Assembly: GCF_030144855.1 (NCBI RefSeq)
Contig: NC_082720.1
Span: forward strand, 80,724,001-80,788,000
DNA length: 64,000 nt
Direction of reading: 5' to 3'
From: Hypanus sabinus
Lineage: Eukaryota
Made by a program: the position numbers and the translations under genes. Each line of letters begins with the position of its first letter. Within the stretch, counting starts at the first letter, position 1. Under the pieces are notes generated by a model. It was not told where the DNA came from, did no database searches, and saw only the letters and a list, made by a program, of their open reading frames with translations. Positions 11,990 to 25,100 of this stretch are shown here, piece by piece.

Positions 11990-14900
11990 AGTCCCTCATT
12001 GGTTCCTACCTGTCTATATCTGCTATAGATATCCTTCATTTTCTTAAGCAGAGCCTCCATCTCTCTTAAAAACAGAGGCTCCCTAAATCTGTTATTCTTG
12101 CCTTTTAAAGCTGAAATGGGGGTAGTCATCATTTACTGGATTCTTAATCTTGTTTATAATTAAGTATTTACATGGACATGAACAATGCAGATTGTTTTCC
12201 CCTGTTCACAGGAAATAGGGAACTTTTTAAAATTTTTATGCGTATTGAAAGACTAGTTTCGGACTGATTCCTTGACAAAATGATTTGGTCTGCAATTAGA
12301 AACAGTGAGCAGCTGTTTCTTGACATTGCAGCGGGATCACTGAGTAATGACTCCTTTCTAAAATCCTGATCTCATCCCTTATGTGTTTAATGTATTAACT
12401 TGGAAGTGAGTTAAGGAACTTAAACAAATGTCTGTTTCCCAAGCAAGCCTTTGCTTTACGAATGAACATAATTGATCTGTAAAATGGTCAAATGAACTAT
12501 ATTTTAATCACTCAGCAAGGCCATCAGCATCTATGGAGAGAAAGATCATTAAAGTTTATGTTGAATTAACATTATTTTTCTGCAATTTCTGCCTGCTGAC
12601 TAGGCCTAGGATTTTCTAATTCATCTGATTTCCAGCATCTGAATTGCTTTGCTTTTCTAGGATGGTAACTTCAGTCATTTTAAGAGATGAGTGACTTAGA
12701 TCCAATCAATCAAAGTCTTATTTCTCATCCTCTCTTCCTCCCCCCCCACCCCAAAAGTTAAAGCCATACCACACTGATCAGCTTCTCCAACATCTTTGTC
12801 ACCTCTCCATTTTCAACTCTCCTGAAAGCAGAGTTAAAATGGGGCTGGGTTTGACCTGTGCCTCCATAATCTTGTCTGAGTAGCCATTAAGGTCGAGCGG
12901 AGGAACGGGTGGGACTGAAATCAAATAAGCCCAATAATATTCTTCCATGTCAAAATGTGCACTTTCCATTATAAGTAAGAGCATAATCAGCAGCAGAAAA
13001 TGTGATTGATTTTTAGTTCCCACATTCCTTTTCCTCTCTAGTCTGCTAATATTGATCTAGTTACAATAATGTCTATAACTGAGTCCTTCAGCATAGCCTA
13101 AGAATTGACCATTGGTATATTGTTGAACATTAGATTTACTTGATGACTAGGGTAGGCCTTCAATAATTCAGTTAATACTTCTGTGTGATACTAAGAGCTG
13201 AACTCTAAATAAAGGTGTACAAACAAATAATTTGTTTTGGAATTTGTAGTTCTTAAAAGTTGAACCTCTTAGATTTCTCTGAAATAAATTCCACCTTAAG
13301 ACTACAATTTTCAGCTGTTTCTGTTTTCTAAATACAGTTACATTTGTGTGCTTTCTCAAAATTTCCTAGGCTAATTTTTTCCAAGGAAAGAGCATCTTAC
13401 TTGTATGTCAGCAAATCCCCAGTGACCATTACCAAACTATTTAAGATGTATGATATGTTTGTGCGGAGTTTCCAGTAAGAATTGCAGAACATGAATCAGA
13501 ATCCTGCTCACCTCTGAATCGACTGAGAGAGGATATCTCAAGAGTGCTAAAAAAAAAATGCCAGTGATGTCGAGGAATATGGAGGACAATAGAAAGCTTC
13601 AGGTTGTTGGTACTGGGGGTAAGACAAGGAGCAGAGTGGTTCAAAGATTAAGACTGATAACTGTGTGTTTGAAAGGCCAAAGTACATCATGAATTTAGAA
13701 GAGGAGAAAGTTTATCATGGAGCCAAGCAGATTCTGTTGAGGAAGGGGTGATAGCAGGCTTGAAAAAAAGAAAACATAATCAGAGAAGAGAACCACAGGA
13801 GGACTGCAAGGTATCATTTATTTCACAGAAATTCAGTGGGGAGATCTGGGGGAGAAATTGTAACATGAAGTAAGTTTGTAGAGGATGTGTGTGATATTCT
13901 GATGTACATCGATGTATGTACCATTAAAACATTTTACACTGGAAGAGCGATCACAGAAATAACATGAAGCTGCCTGTGACACTTAATGCACTTTGGTTCT
14001 ATAAATGTTTAAAGCACCTCAGGGCATCTCTCTGTCAAAGTTTAACTATTGCAATATTCTTTCTTTTGGGTTCAACATATTCCATCCTGGGACTGGGAAA
14101 CAATGACTTTTTATTTGCTACATGAAATTACCATTCTTAATGCTTTATTTTTCACATTTGAAGAATATACAATGCAATTTCACTGTATGAATTTTATGGT
14201 CTGAATCACAAGAACAAGTATTTTTCACCATGTTTAAAGGTATCCACAAAGATTTTGTTAGTATTTGAAGGAGGACGTGCTGCAAAGAGGGTGCATAACC
14301 GATCACAACATAGTTCTTCAAGTAGACTCATTAATGAATCCCTTACTGTGACAGGAAGAGTATGACTCAAAGTCAGTACATTGGATTTAAATTGTAGAAG
14401 AAAGCAAAATTAATATTGGGGAGGAAATTGGATTGAAAGAGTTTTTACATCAACATTCACAAAGAATAATGCACTATTGCTGTGAAAATTGTATCTTTGG
14501 AAGCAAATTTTATTTGGAAGAAATTACCACTTATTGCCCCTAATTTTAAAAAAAAAATGTTCAACCTTAAACAGATCGACCTGAACTGCTACCTGGCATG
14601 TTTAGTGAGTAAGTGCCCCAACACCACATCATTGGATGAATTTCATTGCTAATCTAGTCAGTGAAAATCTGTTCTATTTTGTCTGCAAGCAAAAGGTTAA
14701 ATTCAACCACTGTGTATTGCCAACTTCTGTATCGAACTACATATCTACACCTATACTTCAGTTGCTTTTCACTGTGATCCTCGCTATCATTACCATTAAA
14801 ATCCAGGTAGATATGACCTATTAAACAACCATAACAATTCCTTTTTCAGAATGTTATTATTCACTGATATGGAAGTAGTTTATAAATTAGTTTTCCAACT

Positions 14901-15280
14901 AATTCTTGGGTTATTTCAAGTCAATGAAATCGGAAATTAATGAGAGATTGGTCAAGATACTGCATGCAATGCTTTCTTCTGCTTTCCTCTTCTAGGAGGA
15001 TTGATTAAATTGTTATCATTTCACTAGTGTCAATCCTGTACTGTTCACATTTTTTCCTCTTGAATGTATTGTGAGGAAAGCAATGTTTTAATATATAGTC
15101 ATCTCCACTGGGGCAAGGAATTGTAGCCAACACATGCAATCATTTAAAATCGGAATACTTTGTTCTGATGAGGTTTGGGAAAAATTGACTAATTCATGTA
15201 CTGACAGTTTGAGAATCCATGTTCTCCAGGAATATTTTTGCATTCCATGCAATGCCTTTCTTTTTTCATTCACACTACAG

Positions 15281-15468
15281 GACTGCAGACCCACGGGGAG
15301 TCCAAATAACAGAAAGCCAACACCATTTACAGTTGGTGCAAATATAAATGAAACCAAACCGTTTGCAAGTACACAGTACAACACTCCTGCTGCATTGTAT
15401 GCCAATGACAACATAGACCACACTCTGCCGGAACAATTAAGTGGGCTTCACGTTGCCTCTCCACAGTA
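15281..15468 (+). CDS. PDLIM4: PDZ-LIM protein 4 (RIL), internal exon with ZM motif (equivalent to human exon 4)
   Basis: Pyrimidine tract plus cag|GAC acceptor and TA|gtaagt donor; 188 nt, phase 0 to 2. Encodes DCRPTGSPNNRKP...QYNTPAALYANDNIDHTLPEQLSGLHVASPQ, resembling human PDLIM4 TLPAQMSTLHVSPP. Splices in frame to the next exon. Confidence 0.9.
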
Positions 15469-16964
15469 GTAAGTATATCTTAATGATCTTTTATTCAAAT
15501 CAAGATTACCCACCCCGTTTGTACAAAAAATTAAGTAAGAAATGTACAACTGCTCTTTTGATCACTTCAGTTCTCCTTTCTCACACTGGCCAAGTATTAA
15601 CAACTCTGTACTCGAGCAGCCTTCTAACACTCAATTTTTAGGCTCGAATATGAATAACGTAATTCAGGAGGATGGCTGGCATGATCAGGAGAGGAGGAGA
15701 AATATAACAGAGAAAAAAGCATGTGTATATTGGAAAAAATCTTTTATTCTTGAATTGCTGTAAAATGCTTGAGTGCGAGTGTCTTAGCTCACATATTCCG
15801 TAATGACTTTTATTGAAAAACAAGTTTTTAGCACACCGTGTAATCAGTTCTCAATAAACTTCTCTTGGATTTATGATGTCTGTTGAGTTTGTGGGCTTTT
15901 CCTGTAGGGCTCCCTGATTTTTGAACACAGAGGACAATGTATCCATTGTCTTTTTGTCCTGAAAATTAATGGGGAACAGATGCCTGTTTGTTTTTTCTGA
16001 GGGAGTAAGAATAATTCTGCCCTTCCTGCAACTTGAGGAAAAAGTAAATGTGCAAAGAAATTTATTGCATTGTGGTTGGTGAGTGCAAAGGCTCAATGGG
16101 CAGTTGTTACATGGCAAGCCCATGAATGGTTTGTTCATAAATCCATTGCTAGAAATATCAGTACAGCGTGCTTTTGACTTTTTTGTGCCTTCCCCAATGC
16201 TCTCCTTCACTGGCCAGTGGGTAAGGTCAGAACTGCATCAGTCTTAGGGGTTGGGAACCTCCAGAGTTTGGAGAAATAGGGGAGATGACTATTATGGAGG
16301 GACTGGAGAGCATGTCCCCACTACTTTCTCCCAGAGACAGAGTTGAATATATAACCTAGATGACCTGCCTGAGCTGTGTTCAGCACATGCCTTGGATTTT
16401 CTCCAGTTGGCCCTTTTATGTCACGTTAAAAAAGGCTTCATGGTCCTGTGAAAGCTGTTGTACTCCACTGATATGTATTGATTCCTTATGCATTTCCACA
16501 CTTTGATTTATGAATTCTCCAATTTTGCTTAATTGAAATTGGATTACATGGCACAGAAAAATAGTGGTAATAAATGATCTAATTTCAGAGAACTGAAGGA
16601 CTAAACAACAGTATCTTTGTTTTCCTTTGTATTCTTTATTCACCAGGTGAATTAAAATACACTTTGATGCAAGGTGCCACTTTCTGCCTTTTTGTTTTTT
16701 CTTTGCATCTTGAAAAATTTAGCCAGAGTTATGATCTTTTCAAAACGTCTTTCTCATTTTGAGCGATGAGACCTGTGGTAACTCTGGAAATAGTAGAGCC
16801 GGGCTGTTTTAGTTTAATGTCAGCAAATATGAACGTTGGCAATGATCACTGAACTAACTAGCTGTTAGGAGTAGGAAAATCCAGGTTTGATTATCATCCT
16901 TAATTCCTTGACTGAAATTAGTTAATTTAGTATCTATCAAGGACACAAATACCTATTGTCATGC

Positions 16965-18460
16965 AGTCATAAAAAATAAAGCAAAGAAACAGGACCTTTG
17001 GCCCATCTAGTCTGTGCCTAACCTAAACTTCTTACTCCCATTGGCCTGCACCTGGACCATACCTATTTAATCTTCTCTTAAATGTTGACATCAAGCTTGC
17101 ATGCATCATTTGCACACTCATGACCCTCTGAGTGAGGAAGTTTCCCCTTAAACTTCTCACTTTTCACCCTTAACCTATGACCTCTAGTCATCTTATCCAA
17201 CCTCAGTGGCAAAAGCCTGCTTGCATTTACCCGATCTATACCCCTCATAATTTTGTATATCGCTATGAAATCTCCCCTCAGTCTTCTACATTCCAAGAAA
17301 TAAAGTTGTAACCTATTCAATTTTTGCTTATAACTTTGGTCCACCAGTCCCGGCAACATCCTTCTAAATTTTTCTGTACTCTGTCAACCTTATTAACATC
17401 CTCCCGGTAACTGGGTAACCAAAACTGCACTCAATACTCCGAAGTGGCAAAAGCTTTTATTCTAACCCTATCAAACTGTGCCACCAGTTTCAATGAATTA
17501 TGGACCTGTACTCCCAGATCCCTTTGTTCTACCACACTCCTCCTCAGTGCCCTAACATTCACTGTATAAGACTTACCCTATTTGGTCCTACCAAAGTGCA
17601 ACATTTTGCACGTCTGCATTAAATTCCATCTGCTATTTTTCAGCCCATTTCTTCAGCTGGTCCAAGCTCTGACGGTCTTCTTTGCCATCCATGACACACC
17701 CAATCTTCATGTCATCCACAAATTTGATGATCCAGTTAACCACATTATCATCCAGATCATTGACATAGATGACAAACAACAATGGACCCAGCACAGATCC
17801 CTGTGGCACTCCACTAATTACAATCCTCCATTCAGAGAGGCAATCATCTCGTACCACTCTGGTGAATCCCACAGAGCCGATGTCTGTTTCGTTTTGCTAC
17901 CTCATCTTGAATGCCAAGCGACTGAAACTTCTTGACCATCCTCCCACATGGGACATTGTCAAATGCTTTGCTAAAGTCCATGTAGACAACATCCATTGTT
18001 TTGCTTTCATCAACTTTCCTGGTTACCACCTTGAAAAACTCTTAAGATTGGTTAAATATGACCCACCATTCACAAAGCCATGCTGACTATCCCTAATCAG
18101 TGCATATCTATCCAAATACTCTTATATATCTGGTCCCTTGGAATGCCTTCCAATAACTTTCCCACTACTGATATCAGACTCACTGGCCTATAATTTCCTG
18201 ATTTATTTTTAGACCCTTTCATAAATAGCGGAACATTAGCTATTCTCCAATCCTTCAGTACCTCACCTATCGCTAAGGATGAGTTAAGTATCTCAGCTTG
18301 GACTCCAGCAATTTTTGCACTTGCGACCCTCAGGGTCCGAGGGAACACTTTGTCAGGCCCTGGGGATTTCTCCACCCTAATTTACCTCAAGACAGCAAAC
18401 ACCAGTTCTTTTGTAATCTGTATAGGGTCCATGACCTCACTGCTGCTTTACCTCACTCCC
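16965..18460 (-). mobile_element. CR1 fragment in a PDLIM4 intron
   Basis: NYRPVSLIS, DFSKAFD, GVPQGSVLGP, KFVDD. Confidence 0.9.
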
Positions 18461-20046
18461 AGACTCTGACTCTGTCAAAAAGCTTCTAATGACATCTGCC
18501 TTCAATCCTATTCACTATATTAAGAAAAATACACCATTGTTTACCCTGAAAATTGCATGTATTCATTTTACTAAAATCCATTGATTTTTTTCATCACAAA
18601 AAAAGAAAGATGCTTCAATATAGTATTCTGAAATATGTTATGGTGGTACTATTTATTTGAAGTATTCCATTAGTTATCTATTCCTAATGCTGTCCACCAA
18701 TTATTACTGTGAATTGTAATGTAATTGTAATACTGCAAGAGACCACCTTGTATAGTGCAATGATTGTTCTTGTAAAATTGAAGTTTCCATAAACCACATG
18801 TGAATATAACTAAAATTTCTTTAACCATGAGTTTTCCAACCCATGATAACTTTTGTGTATTTGTGTGCTCTAGATTGCTTACAAAGTGGGGAGCAGTAAG
18901 TGTTACATAAATCAACTGATTTATGGAAACACATGCCCATGGACATGCTGTGTTTCAAAAGGGGAAACTATTTCCCAGCATTGGACTAGATTTCAGGTGG
19001 TGGGTGACTTGGAGGACTGGGAGGAGGGAATTAGTGTAACTTGTGGAATAAGAAGTTTGTTCTGGTTTCAATTAGACTATGGAATATTATAGGAATGAAT
19101 AATGCCTGCTAAGTGTGCTTGAGTGTAGTGAGATATTGAATGATTCAGTATTATAGTTTGATCAATCACCTTATTGAATAGTTCTATTCTTTCTGCTTTA
19201 CCGGAGGCCCGGTGATTCCAGTTGCTCAATATTTTATTTCTGTTCAAGTCTTACATTTACCACTGTCCTTGATCCGCCTACATTGTTCCAATAAAGGCCA
19301 GTGCAAGCTGAAAATAGCATCACTTGTTTTAAATGGATGCTGGTTTTAGGCTTCCTCCATAAACATAATACTAAACAATAATTACAGCTTCCGTTTTCAT
19401 GGACAGAGCTGCATCTTCTTGTTCCACTCTCTAATGCTTTTCCATTTTCACTCTGCTTGGGTTGCACTGTCATTCCTTTTGCTATGTAGTCACTTTTGCC
19501 TCCCCATTTTCACTGGCTCAGTCTTAATCTGTTCGACCCTAGCTCTTCCTTGTGAATGAAGACTGCTTGCAATATTGGGCAAATCTAAAGTTTTAAATGT
19601 TCTGTTCAGTGACTGGTTGACCATTACCAGATAAATAGAGGGCACACAGCTGAAGCAAAGGCAAAGATTGTACCAATCTGTCTCTATCCACTCTCTGTAA
19701 ATAGTCAAACTATTTCTGACATCTGTTACCACATGACCAGTATTTTATTTCTACTTTTATGTCTGATGTACAGCAAGGTCAATATATTGTTCTTTCTCTG
19801 TTTACCTTTCATCTGTGAGCTAGCTTTCTCCACTCGGAATGGAGCACCTGTACACCTGAGTACTTTGCATATAAAAAAAGATGTGTAATATAATAATCAC
19901 ATGAGCAGGTTTGAATGCAGCAATGCAGAGCGCACGTTGTATATTGATGACAAGCATTTTCAAAATATGTAATAATTTTTGCTTGACTTCAGCATGATGT
20001 TTCATTTTTGTAGCAATGGGTAACTTCCAAAATTGTACTTCTTTAG

Positions 20047-20204
20047 CACTGAGCCATCAAAGGTGTCTCCGAAATTGTGGAATGAAGTTGACACTGAATC
20101 GGATGTTTATAAGATGCTTCGGGATGGCGAAGAGCCACCATCAGAACCCAAGCAGTCAGGATCTTTCAAGATGCTGCAGGGCATGTTGGAAGCTGAACAG
20201 ACAG
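20047..20204 (+). CDS. PDLIM4: PDLIM4 exon with ALP-like (AM) motif (equivalent to exon 5)
   Basis: ttctttag|C acceptor and G|gtaagt donor; 158 nt, phase 2 to 1. SDVYKMLRDGEEPPSEPKQSGSFKMLQGMLEA matches PDLIM4 SEVYRMLRE...EPKQSGSFRYLQGMLEA. Confidence 0.93.
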
Positions 20205-22131
20205 GTAAGTTGATCGTGCACGGATAAAGCAAAAACAAGTAGTGCCTATCCAGTGCCCACCCACTCACTGTAAGTAGTCATAATATTTCTGACACATAGC
20301 ACTAAGTAAGAGTTTCTTTTCCCCAGCCACATGCGGAAGCCATCAATGTGAGCATCTGCCATCAATGATCAATTTTTCCACCATTCTATCACTCTCCCTC
20401 AAATTGACTTATTTGCCCCTCCGCTCCACTGCTGACCATGCATTGCTCAAGCCATCAAGGCCGTTGCCACTTCGTAGATATGACAATTCCAGCTCAGCCC
20501 CCGTCAGCCTCACATCTTCTACTCGTCATAAACTGACATGATCATTTTTCATTGGTCTTGGTCTTCAATTCCATTGGCTGGTGTATGTGCAAACCGACCT
20601 ACATTGGTTACTGGTTGCCTTGACCTTAAGGAATAGAATTTACAAAAGTAATTTCAAATGTCTCCATGGTTTCAATTGTGTGTAGCCTTCTGAAGAACAT
20701 CTACTGTACCTGCAGACATGCAATGCTTGCCTCTTGGCGCTTCTAATTTTAATTTTTAAACAATGGCTACTATGATTTTAGCTAGTAAGATACATGGTCT
20801 AGATTTCTCCCTCTCAAGCCCAATCTGTCTCTCAGCCTTTTCATTTCTAAACTCATTAAAATCTACTTTGAAAACGCTTTTAGTCATCATTGGAGCTGGA
20901 GTGGTGGTACTCTGGTTAGATTAGCAGATTAATCATCCACGGAGCTAACAATCAGGCTCTTTCCAATCTCACCATGGCAATTAATGAATTTAATTTAAGT
21001 TGATTCTTTAGAAAGTAAAGACTTCTAGATTGTCTTAAATTTATCTGATACACTGATGCTCTTTTAGGAAAGAAATCTACCACTCTTAAATGGTCTAGCT
21101 TTTTTTTTACTTCAGACCTTCGGCAATGTGATCAATTCTTTTTTTTAATACAACTTTTTCTGACCTCCCCCCCCGCGTGGTCAATTCTTGAAAATCCTTT
21201 AGCAAGCCACTAAAGCTTTATCCTAGCTGCCATGTTAGGGTTAATCTGATTACTGGTGATGTTACCAAGCTTCGTTTGTTAAAGGAGACTGATGTTTTCA
21301 ACCAAGAGTACCTTTTCGTATTTTTGCTATTTGCTGCATGTTCCAGCTGACCCTGTGAGATCATCTTCATGAACAGCTGTGGAATGGTGTCTGCTTTGGG
21401 GAAATTGTTCCTTGATAGTTTCTCCAAAGCAAATATAACAGTCTGATACTAAAGATGGTGAAAATGTTCAGCTGATATCACAAACACTTTCAATTTCATA
21501 TTTTCTGGATATCAGCTTTTATAGTTTCCTTCTTTTCAAAATCTGATGTAGTATTCACAAGATCACAGAAAATTTACAGTTCCTGTAAATTCCATATTTC
21601 CACCCCAGACTTTATATTTTTACGGTGGTGAATATACATACAGGAATTCATCATGAGGAGAAAAAGAATTAAATGTGCCTTAACGTTTTTTTGGCTTGGG
21701 TTCAGATTTTGAATAACACCACATCTGCAACCTGTCTTGAAAGTTTCTTTCTTTCTTTTTCAATCTTTTTCTTGAGTTTCATATAAATATAAAAAAAACA
21801 TAACAAAATAATGAATAGGTTATGAATACAATAGACTTAAGATTACATTAATAATAGGATAATAATATCCTATTAAACATCAACAACAAAAAAGTACATT
21901 AATCAATCAAGTCTATATAATTATATATGAAAAAAAACAAAACTAATCATCCAAAGAAAAAGAAAAAAAAAATTTAAAATGTGTGAAAGAAAATATATAT
22001 ATGAAACAAGCACTAAACTAAAACTAACATGGGCAATAATAACAATTTATAAGTATATGATAGTGTCAAAGAACTCCGGAACTCCATAGCTGAACAAGAA
22101 TAAACAAAGAGAAGGTCTGGGAAAGGCCAAA

Positions 22132-25100
22132 TTAATTCACATGAAAATGTCGGATGAACGGTCCCCAAGTTTCTTCAAATTTAATTGACGAGTCAAAAAT
22201 TGTGCTCCTAATTTTTTCCAAACTCAGATAAGAAATAGTTTGAAAAAGCCACTGAGACGTGGTAGGAGGGTTTACTTCTTTCCAATTTTGTAATATAGAC
22301 CTTCTGGCCATTAATGTTACAAAAGCAATCATTCGTCTGATTGAAGGAGAAAACTGATTACCATCCTCATTTGGTATACCAAAGATTGCAGTAATAAAGT
22401 TAGGTTGTAAATCAATGTTCCAAATTGAGGAAATGGTAATGAATATGTCCTTCCAATAATTATGTAAAGTAGGACATGACCAAAACATATGGGTCAGTGA
22501 AGCCACTTCTGAATGACATCTATCACATTGAGGGTTAATATGAGAATAAAATCGAGCAAGTTTATCTTTAGACATATAAGCTCTATGTACAATTTTAAAT
22601 TGTATTAAAGCATGTTTAGCACATATAGAAGAAGAATTAACCATTTGTAAAATTTTTTCCCATTTATCTGTTGGTATATTGTAGCGAAGTTCTTTTTCCC
22701 ATTGTTGTTTAATTCTATCAGACATTTCTGGTTGTATCTTCATAATCATGTTGTAAATAAAAGCAACTAATCCCTTCTGACAAGGATTTAAGGTAAAAAT
22801 CAAATCTGAGAAATCCGTTGAAGTTGAGTTGGGAAAAGATGGTAAAACTTTATGTAAAAAATTTCTAATTTGTAAATATCTGAAGAAATTAGATTTAGGT
22901 AATTTAAATTTATTGGAAAGTTGGTCAAAAGACATCAAAGTACCTTCAAAAAAAAGGTCACGAAAACATTTTATACCTTTCCTTTTCCATATGCTAAAGG
23001 CTTGATCTGTCAAGGAAGGTTTAAAGAAAAAATTAAATAAAATAGGGCTATCAAGCACAAAGTTTTTCAAAGTAAAGAATTTCCGAAATTGAAACCAAAT
23101 TCGTAATGTGTGTTTAATAACAGGATTAGATATCTGTTTATTAAATTTAACTAAATCAGCAGGAAGAGAAGAACCAAGAACAGAGAATAAAGAATATCCC
23201 TTTACTTCATTGCATTCCAAATTTACCCACTGCGGACACAATAATGAGTCCAAATCCAATTTCCAATACGTTAGATTACGAATATTATTCGCCCAATAAT
23301 AAAATCTAAAATTAGGCAAAGCTAAACCACCATCTTTTTTAGATTTTTGTAATTGCCTTTTACTTAACCTAGGGTTTTTGTTTTGCCACACAAATGAGGA
23401 AATTTTTGAATCAATGTTGTCAAAAAAGGATTTAGGAATAAAAATTGGTAAGGCTTGAAATAAGTATAAAAATTTCGGTAAAATCATCATTTTAATAGCA
23501 TTAATCCGACCAACTAATGATAAGAATAAGGGAGACCATCTTGTAGTAAGATGTTGTATTTGAAGAAGCATGGGTAAAAAATTCAGTCTAAATAAATCTT
23601 TATATTTCTTGGTAATTTTTATACCTAAATAGGTAAAATTATCAGTAACAACTTTAAATGGAATCCTGTCATTCAATAAAGTTTGCGCATTTAAAGGGAA
23701 TAATTCACTCTTATCTAAGTTTAATTTGTAACCAGAAAAACTACCAAATTGAGCCAACAAGGATAAAATAGTGGGAATAGATCTATCAAGATCAGAAATA
23801 TATAACAGCAAATCATCAGCATAGAGTGATAATTTATATAATTTCTCATTACGAGTAATACCAAAAATATTAGGAGATTCACGAATAGCAATGGCTAAAG
23901 GTTCTAACGCAATATTAAATAATAAAGGACTTAAAGGACAACCTTGTCTCGTACCACGAGATAATTGAAAAAAGGAGGATCTATAATTATTTGTAAGAAC
24001 AGAAGCAACAGGTTTATAGTATATTAGTTTAATCCATGATATAAAATTAGGACTAAAATTAAAATTTCTCAAAGCATTAAATAAATATGTCCATTCAACT
24101 CTTATCAAAGGCTTTTTCAGCATCTAATGAGATAACACATTCTGGGACTGTGGGTGATGAAGTATGAATTATATTAATCAATTTTCTAACATTAAAAAAA
24201 GAATACCGATTCTTAATGAAACCAGTTTGATCTTCTGAAATAATCTTTGGTAATACCTTTTCTAATCTAGTGGCTAAAATTTTTGTAAGAATCTTAGAAT
24301 CTACATTTAATAGTGATATAGGGCGATAAGATGTACATAGAGTAGGATCTTTATCTTTTTTAAGAATTAGATAGTAGCTTCATAAAAAGACTGAGGTAAT
24401 CTCTTCTTAGCAAATGCATCGTTAAAGATTTCACATAACCAAGGGGAAAGCAAAGAAGAAAAAGTTTTGAAAAATTCTACAATATAACCATCAGGGCCAG
24501 GAGCTTTCCCTGAATTCATTGATGAGACAGCCTCACCTATTTCGGCCATAGAGATAGGAGCATCAAACAAGCTACGATCTTCACCAATCAGTTTAGGAAT
24601 ATTCAAATTGTTAAAAAAATTATCCATCATGGACAGATCACCATCAAATTCTGATTGATATAAAGATTTATAAAAATCTTGAAAAGTATTATTGATTTCT
24701 TTATGATCAGTGGTTAAATTACCATCTTGTTTACGAATTTTAATAATTTGTCGCCTGGTCGAAATAGCTTTTAATTGATTAGCTAACAGTTTACCAGTTT
24801 GATCACTGTGAATATAGAATTGAGCTCTAGTCCTAATTAATTGATTTTCAATTGAAGAAGATAATAATAAACTATGTTCCATTTGAAGCTCAACTCTCTT
24901 CTTATAAAGTTCTATGGTAGGAGTCACGGAATAAATCTTATCAATTTCCTTAATTTTATCCACCAATAAAGCAATATCTAAATATCTTTGTTTCCTTTTA
25001 CCAGCGGAATACGAAATAATTTGTCCACGGATAAAAGCCTTAAAAGAGTCCCAAAGTATTCCTCTGTCGATTTCTTCAGTATAGTTTGTTGAGAAAAACA

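Larger units (their letters stand above)
10245..12110 (-). mobile_element. CR1 fragments with nested PLE hairpin and solo LTR
   Basis: SPGPD and EDWRTVNIVLLFKKG motifs; 3' end near 10250. Confidence 0.82.

Noticed and set aside
1-15280. PDLIM4 PDZ-encoding exons 1-3
   Set aside because: I looked for PWGFRL, THLEAQN and WSP...EPQ-like coding segments and found none; they probably lie upstream of the window.
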